Source of the DNA: Candidatus Multivorans sp.
GTDB taxonomy: Bacteria; Acidobacteriota; Thermoanaerobaculia; Multivoradales; Multivoraceae
DNA: 64,000 nucleotides
Assembly (NCBI GenBank): GCA_965247095.1
Contig: OZ251997.1
Coordinates: 256,001-320,000 of the forward strand
Reading direction: 5' to 3'
Made by a program: the position numbers and the translations under genes. Within the stretch, counting starts at the first letter, position 1. The number at the start of each line of letters is the position of its first letter. A model generated the notes under the pieces. That model was not told the origin of the DNA. It worked only from the letters and a program-made list of their open reading frames with translations, and ran no database searches. Positions 25,675 to 35,637 of this stretch are shown in pieces.

Positions 25675-26448
25675 ATGAGATGGATGGCACTACTTGCGTT
25701 GGTGGCTGCGATACTCAGTTTCGGCTGCAGGATCTCTGTGGGCAGTGGCGAGTCGGCTTCGGAGACGGAGGAGGAGGCGGCCGAGCCGGCCGCGGAGCTC
25801 AACCAGCTCAGTGCCGAGGAAGCCGAGGCGGGCTTCATGCTGCTGTTCGACGGCGCGTCGCTGGAGCACTGGCGGGGCTTCAAGCTCGACGACGTGCCGG
25901 CGGGCTGGGCGGTGGCTGACGGCGTGATCCACTTCGTGCCGCCCGAGGGCGACGACGCCGGGCCGCGGGCCGATCTGATGACCCGGGCGCCGTACCGGTC
26001 ATTCGAGTTCCGTTTCGATTGGGCCGTAACGCCGGGCGGAAATAGCGGCGTGATGTTCCACGTTGCCGAGGACGCCCCCGCGTCCTACTCGACGGGCCCC
26101 GAGTTTCAGATCCTGGACGACGGCGGGCACCGGGACGGTGAACGAATGGAAACCTCGGCAGCTTCGAACTACGCCCTCCACGCCCGCCAGGGCGGCGAGC
26201 TGATGCCTCTCGGCGAGTTCAACACGAGCGCGCTGCGAGTCGAGGGTGCTGCCGTCTCCCACTGGCTGAACGGTGAGAAGGTGGTCGAGTACATGCTCTG
26301 GGACGACGAGTGGAAGGAACTCGTCGCGGCCAGCAAGTTCGCCTCGATGCCCGGCTACGGCATGATGGAAACCGGCCACATCGCGCTCCAGGACCACGGC
26401 AACGAGATTTGGTTCCGCAACCTGCGCATCTTGGTGCTGCCCGACTGA
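25675..26448 (+). CDS. DUF1080 (3-keto-disaccharide hydrolase family) lipoprotein
   Basis: LLFDG..L.HW, GGNSGV, GHIALQDHG, WFRNLRI. Confidence 0.9.
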   Translation: MRWMALLALVAAILSFGCRISVGSGESASETEEEAAEPAAELNQLSAEEAEAGFMLLFDGASLEHWRGFKLDDVPAGWAVADGVIHFVPPEGDDAGPRADLMTRAPYRSFEFRFDWAVTPGGNSGVMFHVAEDAPASYSTGPEFQILDDGGHRDGERMETSAASNYALHARQGGELMPLGEFNTSALRVEGAAVSHWLNGEKVVEYMLWDDEWKELVAASKFASMPGYGMMETGHIALQDHGNEIWFRNLRILVLPD

Positions 26449-28424
26449 TGGACGATCCAGGCGTGGCGGCGGGCCTGCAGTGGCTCAAGGTCGCCGAACC
26501 GGGTGAACTGCCCGAGAACCGCGTCAAGACGGTGGTGGCGGGTAGTCGTTCGATCTGCCTGACCCACTACGACGGTCAGTACGGCGCGCTGGACAACCGC
26601 TGCCCGCACCAGGGCGGTCCCCTGGGTGAGGGGTCGATCGAGAACGGTTGGCTGCGCTGTCCGTGGCACGGGTGGGACTACTGCCCGCTCAGCGGCAAGT
26701 CGCCGGCGGGGTTTGACGAGAAGGTGCCGACCTATGCGATCGAAGTGCGGGACGACGGCATCTACGTCGGTGTCGAACCGGAGGTCGAGCGGGAGCGGAC
26801 GGTCAGCGACGCGATGGTCGAGACCTTCGTCAACTGGGGCGTCACCCACGTCTTCGGCATGGTCGGCCACTCGAACCTCGGCCTTGCCGATGCGATTCGC
26901 AACCAGTGCGAGGCCGGCGCCCTCCAGTACGTCGGCGTGCGGCACGAGGGCGCGGCGGCGTTCGCGGCTTCGGCGTACGGCAAGCTGACCGGGCGGCCGG
27001 CGGCGTGTCTGACGATCGCAGGGCCCGGCGCCACGAACCTGCTGACCGGCATGTGGGACGCGCGAATGGATCGCTCCCCGATCCTGGCGCTCACCGGCCA
27101 GGTCGACACCCAGGTGCTGGGGCCGGGCGCCTTCCAGGAGGTCGACCTCTCCGCCGCCTTTGCCGGCGTCGCGGCGATGAGTCACGCCGTCTACCGCGAC
27201 AGCCGGCACGTGGAACTCGCGAACCTGGCGTGCAAGAACGCGATCCTCAAGCGGGACGTGGCGCACCTGATCTTCCCCGACGAGGTGCAGACGTTGCCCT
27301 CCGACGCTTCGGCCGGATCGCCTGAAGGCCGGTTGACGCCCTCGGAGATCACGCCGCCTCCCGAGGCCGTCGAGCAGGCGCTGGCCCTGATCCGCGGCGC
27401 GCGCCGGCCGGTGATCGTCGTCGGCCACGGCGCCCGGTTCCAGATGGACGGCGTGACCGCGCTGGCCGAACGGCTGAACGCGCCGGTGGTGACCACCTTC
27501 AAGGCGAAGGGCCTGATCTCCGACGATCATCCGCTTGGCTGCGGCGTGCTCGGTCGGAGCGGAACGCCGGTTGCGAGCTGGTTCATGAACGAGAGCGACC
27601 TGCTCATCGTGTTCGGCGCCTCGTTCTCGAATCACACCGGGATCACGACCTACAAGCCGCTCATCCAGGTCGACTTCGAGGCCATGGCGCTGGGCAAGTT
27701 CCACGCCGTGGACGTGCCGGTCTGGGGTGAGATCGGCGTCACCGCACGTCTGTTCGAGGAGGCCCTGGAGCGCGGCGGAATCGAGACCGTCGATCAGCGG
27801 CCGGAAGTGGCCGAGCGCTGGCGGATCTGGCGTGAAGAGAAGGAGCGCCGCCTGGGCGATGTCGGCGAGGCGGGCATCAGCTCCGCGGCGGTCTTCGCGG
27901 CGCTCAACCGCTGCGTACCGGAGGACGCGATCATCGCAGTCGATGTCGGCAACAACACGTACTCCTTCGGCCGCTACTTCGAGTGCCGCCGGCAGGCCGT
28001 GCTCATGTCGGGCTATCTCGGATCGATCGGGTTCGGCTACCCGGCCGCCATGGGCGCCTGGGCGGCGACCCAGACGGACGACGAGCGGTTTGCCGGCCGT
28101 CCGGTGGTGGCGATCACCGGGGATGGCGGCTTCGGGCAGTACCTGGCCGAGGTCACGACCGCCGTCCACCACCGGATGAACATCACCCACGTGCTGCTGA
28201 ACAACAGCGAGCTCGGCAAGATCTCGAAGGAGCAGCGGGCGATCGAGCTGCCGGTGTGGATGACCGAGTTGACGAATCCGAACTTCGCCGACTTCGTGAC
28301 CAGTTGCGGCGGCCACGGCATTCGCGTCGAGGACGCGGCCGACCTCGACGGCGCTCTGCAGCGGGCACTCGACTACGAGGGCCCGGCAACGGTCGAGATC
28401 GTGGCCGACCCGCTGCTGGTGTGA
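26448..28424 (+). CDS. Rieske [2Fe-2S] domain fused to pyruvate-oxidase-like ThDP enzyme
   Basis: CPHQGG/CPWHG Rieske boxes; RHEGAAA, GPGATN, GDGG...NN; TGATG coupling to upstream gene. Confidence 0.92.
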   Translation: MDDPGVAAGLQWLKVAEPGELPENRVKTVVAGSRSICLTHYDGQYGALDNRCPHQGGPLGEGSIENGWLRCPWHGWDYCPLSGKSPAGFDEKVPTYAIEVRDDGIYVGVEPEVERERTVSDAMVETFVNWGVTHVFGMVGHSNLGLADAIRNQCEAGALQYVGVRHEGAAAFAASAYGKLTGRPAACLTIAGPGATNLLTGMWDARMDRSPILALTGQVDTQVLGPGAFQEVDLSAAFAGVAAMSHAVYRDSRHVELANLACKNAILKRDVAHLIFPDEVQTLPSDASAGSPEGRLTPSEITPPPEAVEQALALIRGARRPVIVVGHGARFQMDGVTALAERLNAPVVTTFKAKGLISDDHPLGCGVLGRSGTPVASWFMNESDLLIVFGASFSNHTGITTYKPLIQVDFEAMALGKFHAVDVPVWGEIGVTARLFEEALERGGIETVDQRPEVAERWRIWREEKERRLGDVGEAGISSAAVFAALNRCVPEDAIIAVDVGNNTYSFGRYFECRRQAVLMSGYLGSIGFGYPAAMGAWAATQTDDERFAGRPVVAITGDGGFGQYLAEVTTAVHHRMNITHVLLNNSELGKISKEQRAIELPVWMTELTNPNFADFVTSCGGHGIRVEDAADLDGALQRALDYEGPATVEIVADPLLV

Positions 28425-28431
28425 GGCCCCG

Positions 28432-29178
28432 GTGACGATCGACGGCCGGGAGGATCTGGACGGTCTCCGCCGGGCAGGTCGCGTGGCGGCCCGGTGCCTG
28501 GCGAGGATGGGCGCCAGGGTCGAGCCGGGCATGACGACTCTTGAGTTGGACCGGATCGGCCGGGAGTACATGGAGAGTCGGGGAGCGCGCTCGGCGCCCG
28601 AACTGAGCTACGACTTCCCGGCCGCGACCTGCATCAGCGTCAACGAGGAGGTCGCGCACGGCATTGCCGGCGAGCGCCGGATCGATGCCGGCGACCTGGT
28701 CCACATCGACGTCTCCCTCGAGTTGGACGGGTACTTCAGCGACACCGGCGCGCCTTTCCCCGTGCCGCCGGTGAGCGACGAGCGGCGGCGCATGGTCTCA
28801 GCCACCCGGCGGGCGCTGCGGGCAGCGATGCAGCAGACCCGCCACGGCCGCCGGCTGCGCAACATCGGCCGGGCGATCGAGGACACCGCGACCAAGGCCG
28901 GCTTCGGCTTGATCCGCAACCTGGGCTCGCACGGCATCGGCCGCTCGCTGCACGAGGAACCGAAGTTCGTGCCTGGCTTCGACGACCCGGACGATCAGCG
29001 TTTCCTGCACGATGGGCTCGTGCTCACGATCGAGCCGTTCCTGACCAACGGCCGCGAGCAGGCGCTGACCGCCAAGGACGGCTGGACACTCCTCAACGAG
29101 CCCGGCACGACAACGATCCAGTTCGAGCACACGATCGTCGTCACCCGCAAGAAGCCGCTGGTGATGACGCTGCCGTAG
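28432..29178 (+). CDS. map: Methionine aminopeptidase type I
   Basis: CISVNEEVAHG, HIDV..DGYFSDT, HGIG..LHEEP, TIEP, FEHT. Confidence 0.95.
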   Translation: MTIDGREDLDGLRRAGRVAARCLARMGARVEPGMTTLELDRIGREYMESRGARSAPELSYDFPAATCISVNEEVAHGIAGERRIDAGDLVHIDVSLELDGYFSDTGAPFPVPPVSDERRRMVSATRRALRAAMQQTRHGRRLRNIGRAIEDTATKAGFGLIRNLGSHGIGRSLHEEPKFVPGFDDPDDQRFLHDGLVLTIEPFLTNGREQALTAKDGWTLLNEPGTTTIQFEHTIVVTRKKPLVMTLP

Positions 29179-29191
29179 GCGGACCCGCCCA

Positions 29192-29236
29192 TCATCCTTG
29201 CTTATCCAAAACTGTGCTTATAATCCGCAAGGATGA
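29192..29236 (+). promoter_or_regulatory. Promoter (-10 TATAAT at 29219-29224) bracketed by a 10-bp inverted repeat, likely operator
   Basis: TCATCCTTGC ... GCAAGGATGA, with the right arm covering the ATG of the ATPase gene. Confidence 0.5.
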
Positions 29237-30426
29237 AGCGAGATCGAGTCCTTCCGAGGCGGGCACAGAGAGCCGTGAGCGCCGCGCTCGACCGGCAGGC
29301 GGCCGTTGGGCTGATCGGGCCGCGTCAGGTCGGCAAGACCACGCTGGCCTTGCAGATCGCGGATAGCCGGGATGCGCTCTACCTCGACCTGGAGTCGAGC
29401 ACCGACCGGGCGAAGCTGGCCGATCCGAATCTGTTCCTGGGCGAGTACGAGGACCGTCTCGTCGTGCTCGACGAGATCCACCGGGCGCCGGAGCTCTACA
29501 GCGACCTGCGGGGCCTGATCGACCGCGGTCGGCGGCGTGGCAGGCGCTGCGGCCGCTTTCTCATTCTCGGCTCGGCGTCGATCAACCTGCTCCGCCAATC
29601 GGGGGAGAGTCTCGCGGGTCGGATCGAGTACGTCGAGCTCAATCCGCTCGATGTGCTTGAGATTGTGGCTCAGGACGTGCCCTTGAGTGCGCTGTGGCAG
29701 CGGGGAGGATTGCCGGACAGTCTGCTCGCCGCGAGCGATGCGGACAGCTTGGCGTTTCGGCATAGCTTCGTACGCACCTATCTCCACCGGGATGTACTCG
29801 ACCTGACCGAGCGGCGTCTTCCGGCCGAGACTCTGGAGCGCCTGTGGACCATGTTGGCGCACAGCCAGGGTACGTTGCTGAACGCGTCGAAGCTGGCGGC
29901 GAGCCTGGCGGTCAGTGCGCCGACGGTTACGACCTACATCGATCTGCTGGTCGATCTGATGCTGGTGCGCCGGCTGCCGCCGGTGAGGGCGAACGTCGGC
30001 AAGCGGGTCGTCAAGTCGCCCAAGGTCTACGTCAGGGACAGCGGCCTGGTGCACGCACTGCTCGGCATCGCCGACTACAACGCGCTTGCGGGGCATCCCG
30101 TCGCCGGAGCGAGCTGGGAGGGCTTCGTGGTGGAGAACCTCCTGAGCGCGGCCCCGACCGGTACCCGGGCGGGGTTCTACCGTACCCGCGCCGGCGCTGA
30201 AATCGACATGGTGCTGGAACTGCCGGGCGAACACGGTCCGTGGGCGGTCGAGATCAAACGCGGCTCGGCGCCCCGGCCAAGCCGCGGTCTCCACAGTGCC
30301 CGCGAGGATCTGAGGCCCAGCCGCACCTTCCTTGTCGGCGCCGGTGCGGACCGCTACCCGGTAACGGACGGAATCGAAGTGATCGGCCTCTCCGAGTTGG
30401 CCGCGGTGGTGGGCGGCAGGGCGTAG
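29233..30426 (+). CDS. AAA_14 ATPase with DUF4143 domain
   Basis: GPRQVGKT, LDEIH, ESLAGR, KSPKVYVRDSG, EIDMV..AVEIK. Confidence 0.92.
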   Translation: MKRDRVLPRRAQRAVSAALDRQAAVGLIGPRQVGKTTLALQIADSRDALYLDLESSTDRAKLADPNLFLGEYEDRLVVLDEIHRAPELYSDLRGLIDRGRRRGRRCGRFLILGSASINLLRQSGESLAGRIEYVELNPLDVLEIVAQDVPLSALWQRGGLPDSLLAASDADSLAFRHSFVRTYLHRDVLDLTERRLPAETLERLWTMLAHSQGTLLNASKLAASLAVSAPTVTTYIDLLVDLMLVRRLPPVRANVGKRVVKSPKVYVRDSGLVHALLGIADYNALAGHPVAGASWEGFVVENLLSAAPTGTRAGFYRTRAGAEIDMVLELPGEHGPWAVEIKRGSAPRPSRGLHSAREDLRPSRTFLVGAGADRYPVTDGIEVIGLSELAAVVGGRA

Positions 30427-30456
30427 CCGAACGGCGCTGCACGCTGGCAAGGCAAA

Positions 30457-32331
30457 ATGAAGACGATGACGCACTCTGGCGGGAACCACCGCGGCGGGAA
30501 CATCGGGGCTTTCGGTGCGGCTTTCGCCGTTCTCTGTGGTTCCGCCTTGCCCGCGCAGGCGCCGGCGCCCTCCGCCGAGCCGGGACTCGCCGAAGGACTT
30601 GCCTACGTGGTCTTGCAGGCGGTGGTCTACCGCGAGGCCTCTGCGGAGGTGACCCTTCTGGCGACGAACGCGGAGGGCGTCGAGCAGGAACTGCCGGTGA
30701 CCAGCGATCAGTACTACGAGGTGTACCTGTTCGAGCCCGGGCCGTGGCTCGTGCGTCCGGCTCAGGGCAGCGGTTTCTGGGGCCGCGAGACCCTGATCGA
30801 TCCCGATGCCGCGACGAGCGAAGGGATCGCCTCGGTCCAGGACGGCGTGGAGGTGCAACCGGAGGTCGTTCCGGTGTTCGAGATACCGGTCTACCCGGCG
30901 GTAGCGGTCAGCGGCCGTGTGGTGGGCGCCTCTCGTCCGGGTGGAACGCTCCGGATCGTGCTTGGCGACGTGGATCCCGAGAACACGGACCCGCGGTTCC
31001 ACGTCCAGCGCGTAGTGGTCAGGTGCCCGGTGGCGGGCGACGGCCGGTGGTCGTGCGAGTTGCCGGCCGCGCTCGTTCACCTTGCGTTCTGGCGGCCCGG
31101 CCACTCGCCGGAGTACCGGTGGAACACTCCCCTGCAAGGTCGACGGCAGCTCGCCCTGGGCGATCAGGAGCTCGTTCCCGGAGCGAGTCTTGCCGGCTTC
31201 GTCGCCCCTGGCCCCGGCTTCCAGGGTTTCGTCGACCACTGTGTCGTGCATGTCGCGGCGGGCGATCCGGCCCTGTGGACAACCAGTCTCGAGCCGGTGC
31301 TGACGACCGTCGAGGTGGCTGACGACGGCTTTTTTCAGGCGCCGGGCCTGGACGCCGGCAGACGCTGGATTCAGGTGGACTGCGACGGCCGGGTTGCGGC
31401 CCGGGCCGGACCGTACGAACTGGCGAAGAACGTCGAGACTTTCCCGCGCAACCGTGTGCTGCTGGCGAGGAGTCACCTCCTGGACGTGTTCGTGCAGCCC
31501 GCTGATCCGCCCTACGGCAGCCATTGGATTGCGCGGCTCAAGCAGATCAGGGAGCACGATTCGCCGGAGTTCCGGTTCCGCTACGTGAAGAGGGAGTACC
31601 CGCAGCAGACGGCAGTGGTCGAGAGCGGCCACGCCCGGTTCGATGTCCCCGGCGACGGCGCCTTCACGGTGGAAATCCAGGATGCCATCGGTGGGTGGTT
31701 CGGTGACTTGGACTATCTCGAAGTCGTGGGCGATCGGTCGGTGGTTGTTGAACTGGAGTTGGTGCCCGTCGTTGGCCAGGTGACGCTGGACGGCGTCCCG
31801 CTGGCGGGCTACGTGTTCTTCGGCGGGCGCGGCGCGTCGCCGGAGTTGACCTTCAGGATCGGTGAGGACGGGTGGTTCCGGGGCGCGTTGCCTGGGCGGG
31901 AGGGCTGGCGGGTCGACGTGGCTTCGTCGGAACGCGATGTGGCGCAGTCGTTCCACGACGTCGATGTGCCGGCGAACGAGCCCCTGGCGCTGGAACTCGC
32001 TGACACCGTGGTTCATGGCCTTGTTGTATTCGCAGAGACCGGTGAACCGGCTGCCGGCGCGGTTGTTCGGTTCGAGACGGCGGACGAGCGGATCGTGCAT
32101 CAGGGCCGCGCCGGCGACGACGGCAGATTCTCGGCTCGGGGCGTACCGGTCGGCTGGATCCGCATCTCCGCCCATCCGCGGGGTCTGGGCGGATGGTTGG
32201 CGAGCGCCTCAGTGGAGGCGGTAGTGAGTTCGTCAGGTCCGCTGAGCGTGACCCTGCGGTTGCCGGAACTGGACCTGGAGTCGCTGCGGCCGGGAGCGAG
32301 GGCGCCTGTGCGCCGGACCATCCGGCAGTAG
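30457..32331 (+). CDS. Exported beta-rich hypothetical protein with carboxypeptidase-regulatory-like repeats
   Basis: Signal peptide; repeats such as TGEPAAGAVV, AGDDGRFSARGVPVG. Confidence 0.7.
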   Translation: MKTMTHSGGNHRGGNIGAFGAAFAVLCGSALPAQAPAPSAEPGLAEGLAYVVLQAVVYREASAEVTLLATNAEGVEQELPVTSDQYYEVYLFEPGPWLVRPAQGSGFWGRETLIDPDAATSEGIASVQDGVEVQPEVVPVFEIPVYPAVAVSGRVVGASRPGGTLRIVLGDVDPENTDPRFHVQRVVVRCPVAGDGRWSCELPAALVHLAFWRPGHSPEYRWNTPLQGRRQLALGDQELVPGASLAGFVAPGPGFQGFVDHCVVHVAAGDPALWTTSLEPVLTTVEVADDGFFQAPGLDAGRRWIQVDCDGRVAARAGPYELAKNVETFPRNRVLLARSHLLDVFVQPADPPYGSHWIARLKQIREHDSPEFRFRYVKREYPQQTAVVESGHARFDVPGDGAFTVEIQDAIGGWFGDLDYLEVVGDRSVVVELELVPVVGQVTLDGVPLAGYVFFGGRGASPELTFRIGEDGWFRGALPGREGWRVDVASSERDVAQSFHDVDVPANEPLALELADTVVHGLVVFAETGEPAAGAVVRFETADERIVHQGRAGDDGRFSARGVPVGWIRISAHPRGLGGWLASASVEAVVSSSGPLSVTLRLPELDLESLRPGARAPVRRTIRQ

Positions 32332-32349
32332 CTGGTACCCTGCGCCGCC

Positions 32350-33546
32350 ATGGGCGGTCCGCTCGACGGCTTCCGGGTGATCGAACTGGCGACCATGGTG
32401 TCGGCGCCGATCGCCACCATGCTGCTGGCGGATCAGGGCGCCGAGGTGATCAAGGTCGAGGCGCCGCCCCACGGCGACATCATGCGCCGGCTCGGGCCGC
32501 AGCGAGGGGGCGTCACGGCCGGGTTCGCGACGATCAACCGGGGCAAGCGGTCTCTGGTGCTCGACCTGAAGCATGAGCGCGGGATCGGCATCCTCCACGA
32601 CCTGGTGGGAACGGCCGATGTCTTCGTCCAGAACTTCCGGCCCGGCGTGGTTGATCGTCTGGACCTCGGCGCCGACCGGCTGCGCGAGTTGAACCCGCGG
32701 CTCGTCTACGTGTCGATCAGCGGCTTCGGCCAGGATGGCCCGTACGCTCAGAAGCGCGTCTACGACCCGATCATCCAGGCGCTGTCCGGCGTCGCCGACA
32801 TCCAGGCCGACCGGGTGACGGGTGAGCCGAAGATGGTGCGCACGATCATCCCCGACAAGGTAACCGGGCTCACCGCCGCCCAGGCGATCACGGCGGCGCT
32901 GCTTGCGCGGGAACGGACCGGCGAGGGCCAGCACCTCGGCCAGCACCTCGAAATTGCCATGCTCGACGCGACGATCTCCTTCGTCTGGCCCGAAGGCTTC
33001 GTGCGCCAGATCCTGGTCGGCGGCGAGGTGGCGCACGGACGCCCGGGATCGACCAGCGACCTGATCTACAAGACCGCCGACGGCTACATCACGGCGTCGA
33101 CGATCTCGGACGCCGAGTGGGAGGGCATGGCGCGCGCCACCGGGCGCCTGGAGTGGCTGGAGGACGAGCGCTACAACACGGCCGCGGGCAGGATCTCGAA
33201 CGCCGACCAGCGTCTCGGGATGGTTGGCGACGTCCTGCGGCAGCGCACGTCCGCCGAGTGGCTCGCCGCTCTGGAAGCGGAGGACGTTCCCTGCGCTCCG
33301 ATCCTCAACCGCAACGAGGTGCTGACCGACCCCCAGGTGGTCCGCAACGAGTTGCTGCGCGAGGTCGACCATCCCCAGGTCGGCCGGATGCGCGTGCCGC
33401 GTCCCGCGGCGAGGTTCTCGGGCACGCCGCCGGAACAGGCTGCGGCGTCGCCCGTGCTGGGCGAGGGGGCCGAGGACCTGCTGGGCGGTCTCGGTTTGAG
33501 CGCCGCCGAGATCGACGCACTGCGGCGCCGGAAGATCGTCGGTTAG
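32350..33546 (+). CDS. CoA transferase family III (CaiB/BaiF)
   Basis: GAEVIKVE, NRGKRSLVLDLK, QNFRPG, ISGFGQDGP. Confidence 0.95.
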   Translation: MGGPLDGFRVIELATMVSAPIATMLLADQGAEVIKVEAPPHGDIMRRLGPQRGGVTAGFATINRGKRSLVLDLKHERGIGILHDLVGTADVFVQNFRPGVVDRLDLGADRLRELNPRLVYVSISGFGQDGPYAQKRVYDPIIQALSGVADIQADRVTGEPKMVRTIIPDKVTGLTAAQAITAALLARERTGEGQHLGQHLEIAMLDATISFVWPEGFVRQILVGGEVAHGRPGSTSDLIYKTADGYITASTISDAEWEGMARATGRLEWLEDERYNTAAGRISNADQRLGMVGDVLRQRTSAEWLAALEAEDVPCAPILNRNEVLTDPQVVRNELLREVDHPQVGRMRVPRPAARFSGTPPEQAAASPVLGEGAEDLLGGLGLSAAEIDALRRRKIVG

Positions 33547-33575
33547 GCGTCGGTTAGGCGTCGGTTAGGCGTCGG
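33537..33575 (+). repeat. 11-bp tandem repeat CGTCGGTTAGG x3.5 spanning the stop codon
   Basis: Read directly from sequence. Confidence 0.85.
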
Positions 33576-33621
33576 CCACACCCGCCCGCTTTGGGGCTCC
33601 GGGGGGGGGCTCCCAGGTGCC

Positions 33622-33662
33622 GTGCCATCCGTGCGCCCGCTGACGGGCGCACGGACTGGTTC
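33622..33662 (-). repeat. REP-like hairpin, family A, single copy
   Basis: TCCGTGCGCCCG-CTGA-CGGGCGCACGGA; reverse complement of the unit at 36367-36504. Confidence 0.8.
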
Positions 33663-33749
33663 ACGGGTGGCGCGGATCGCGCCACCCGGGTTCGCGCTTG
33701 GTCGGAAGGCAGGGAGGTCGGCGCTGAGGGCTGCTAGGGTCCGCCGGTC

Positions 33750-34733
33750 GTGCGCTGGCTGCACTACTACCTCAGGCTGCTGGCCGCGGCGTCCCTGCTG
33801 CTGATCGCGGCGGGTGGTCTGGTCACCAGCACGGACTCGGGACTGGCCGTTCCCGACTGGCCGAACACCTACGGCTACTTCATGTTCTCGTTCCCGTTCT
33901 CGAAGATGGTCGGCGGCATTTTCTACGAGCACGGCCATCGGCTGATCGCGAGCACCGTCGGTCTGCTGACCATCGGCCTGGTGCTCTGGGCCTGGCGCGC
34001 TGAGCCGCGCCGGTGGGTGCGCCGGATGACCTGGACGGCGCTGGGTGCGGTCGTGGCTCAGGGGCTGCTCGGCGGCGTCACAGTGATCTACCTGCTGCCC
34101 AAGCCGATTTCGATCAGCCATGCCGGATTGGCGCAGCTCTTCTTTGCCCTGGTCGTCGGCCTCGGCGTCTTTACGTCGGCGGGTTGGCGAGACGGCTACG
34201 GGCGTGTCGAGCCCTTGGGTGATCCCGTTCTCGGGCGTCTCGCGGTGGCCGTTCCGACGCTCGTCTACGGCCAGATCCTGCTCGGCGCGACGATGCGTCA
34301 CAACGACGCCGGGCTCGCGATCCCCGACTTCCCGCTCGCTTTCGGCCGGCTTCTGCCGCCGGAGTGGAGTCTCGGCATCGGACTCCATTTCGCGCATCGC
34401 CTGGGCGCCGTCGCGGTGACGGCGGTCGCCGTGGCTCTCATCGCGCGGGTATTCGCTCATCACCGTGGTCGACACGAACTCGTCCGCCCGGCTCTGCTCC
34501 TTGCCGCGGTCCTGCTGGTGCAGATCGGTCTCGGAGCCTGGACCGTGTGGAGCGGCCTGCAGCCCCACATCAATACGTCGCACGTCGCCACCGGCGCCCT
34601 GGTGTGGGTTGTGTCCGTGACCCTGGCTCTGCGCGTCCACCGAGCCTGGTTCAGCGACGGGCAGTCGATCCGGTTGGCCCGTCTCTTACCCGACGCCGCG
34701 GCCGTCGAGGGCCACGAGCGGGCCCGGGCGTGA
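33750..34733 (+). CDS. ctaA: Heme A synthase (COX15/CtaA)
   Basis: SGLAVPDWP, EHGHRL, ISHAGLAQ, HFAHR, SHVATG. Confidence 0.9.
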   Translation: MRWLHYYLRLLAAASLLLIAAGGLVTSTDSGLAVPDWPNTYGYFMFSFPFSKMVGGIFYEHGHRLIASTVGLLTIGLVLWAWRAEPRRWVRRMTWTALGAVVAQGLLGGVTVIYLLPKPISISHAGLAQLFFALVVGLGVFTSAGWRDGYGRVEPLGDPVLGRLAVAVPTLVYGQILLGATMRHNDAGLAIPDFPLAFGRLLPPEWSLGIGLHFAHRLGAVAVTAVAVALIARVFAHHRGRHELVRPALLLAAVLLVQIGLGAWTVWSGLQPHINTSHVATGALVWVVSVTLALRVHRAWFSDGQSIRLARLLPDAAAVEGHERARA

Positions 34734-35615
34734 CGATTCTGGCCGCCGAAGCAGCCCGTCCGGGTCGCGCCTCTCTGTTGCTGGCGCTGGCAAAGCCGCG
34801 GCTCAATGCACTGGCGGTCGCCACGGTGGCGATCGGTTACTACCTGGGAGCCCAAGAGTTCGACCTGGCTGTGTTCCTTGCTGTCGTTGCGGGCTCCGCG
34901 TTGGTAGCGGGCGGCGGCGCCGCGTTCAATCAGGTCGCGGAGCGCGATCTGGACGCGCTCATGGAGCGCACGCGGTCGCGGCCACTGCCGACGGGGGGGG
35001 TCGCCCGCGGCTGGCCGGCTCTTCGCCACGATTCTGAGCGTGGCGGGTGTGATCGTGCTGGCGCTCGGAGTCAACCTTGTAGCGACGGCGGTCGCGCTGG
35101 CGACCCTGATCAGCTACGCCTGGATCTACACGCCGATGAAGCGGCGCACGCCCTGGGCGGTCCTCGTCGGCGCGGTACCCGGCGCGTTGCCGCCAGTCAT
35201 CGGCTGGGTCGCCGCCCGCGGCGCCCTGACCGTAGAGGCGTGGTTGTTGTTCGGGATCGTCTTCGCGTGGCAGCTCCCGCACTTCCATTCCCTGGCCTGG
35301 CTTTACCGCGACGACTACGCGCGCGCCGGCTTCAAGGTCCTGGCCGCAACCGATCCCGACGGGCGCAGCACGGCCATGCAGTCAATGCTCTGGGCCTTTC
35401 TGCTTGCCGGCCTCACCCTACTCGCTGCCGTCGTCGGCCTGGCCCCTCCCGCCTTTGCAATCGCCGCCGCGACCTTCAGCACCGCCTTCGCCCTGCTCGC
35501 CGCCCGCTTCCTCAACAACCGAACAAACACTCGCGCTCGCACCCTGTTCCTCGGTTCCTTGATCGTGCTGCCCCTGATCTGGACCGCCCTCGTAGCCGGC
35601 CACGCGGCTCTCTGA
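34730..35615 (+). pseudogene. ctaB: Protoheme IX farnesyltransferase, frameshifted at G8 tract 34993-35000
   Basis: LAKPRL...ERDLDALMERTRSRPLPTG is in one frame; YTPMKRRT, GALPP, WQLPHF, YRDDY are in another; GTGA overlap with ctaA. Confidence 0.88.
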
Positions 35616-35637
35616 TTTCAGAGACTTGTTTCGCGGA

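Noticed and set aside
32927-32950. 12-bp duplication encoding GQHLGQHL
   Set aside because: Small in-frame slippage with no evidence of function
33537-33575. Telomere-like TTAGG repeats or a designed three-frame stop
   Set aside because: Most simply a slippage triplication of 11 bp around the stop codon
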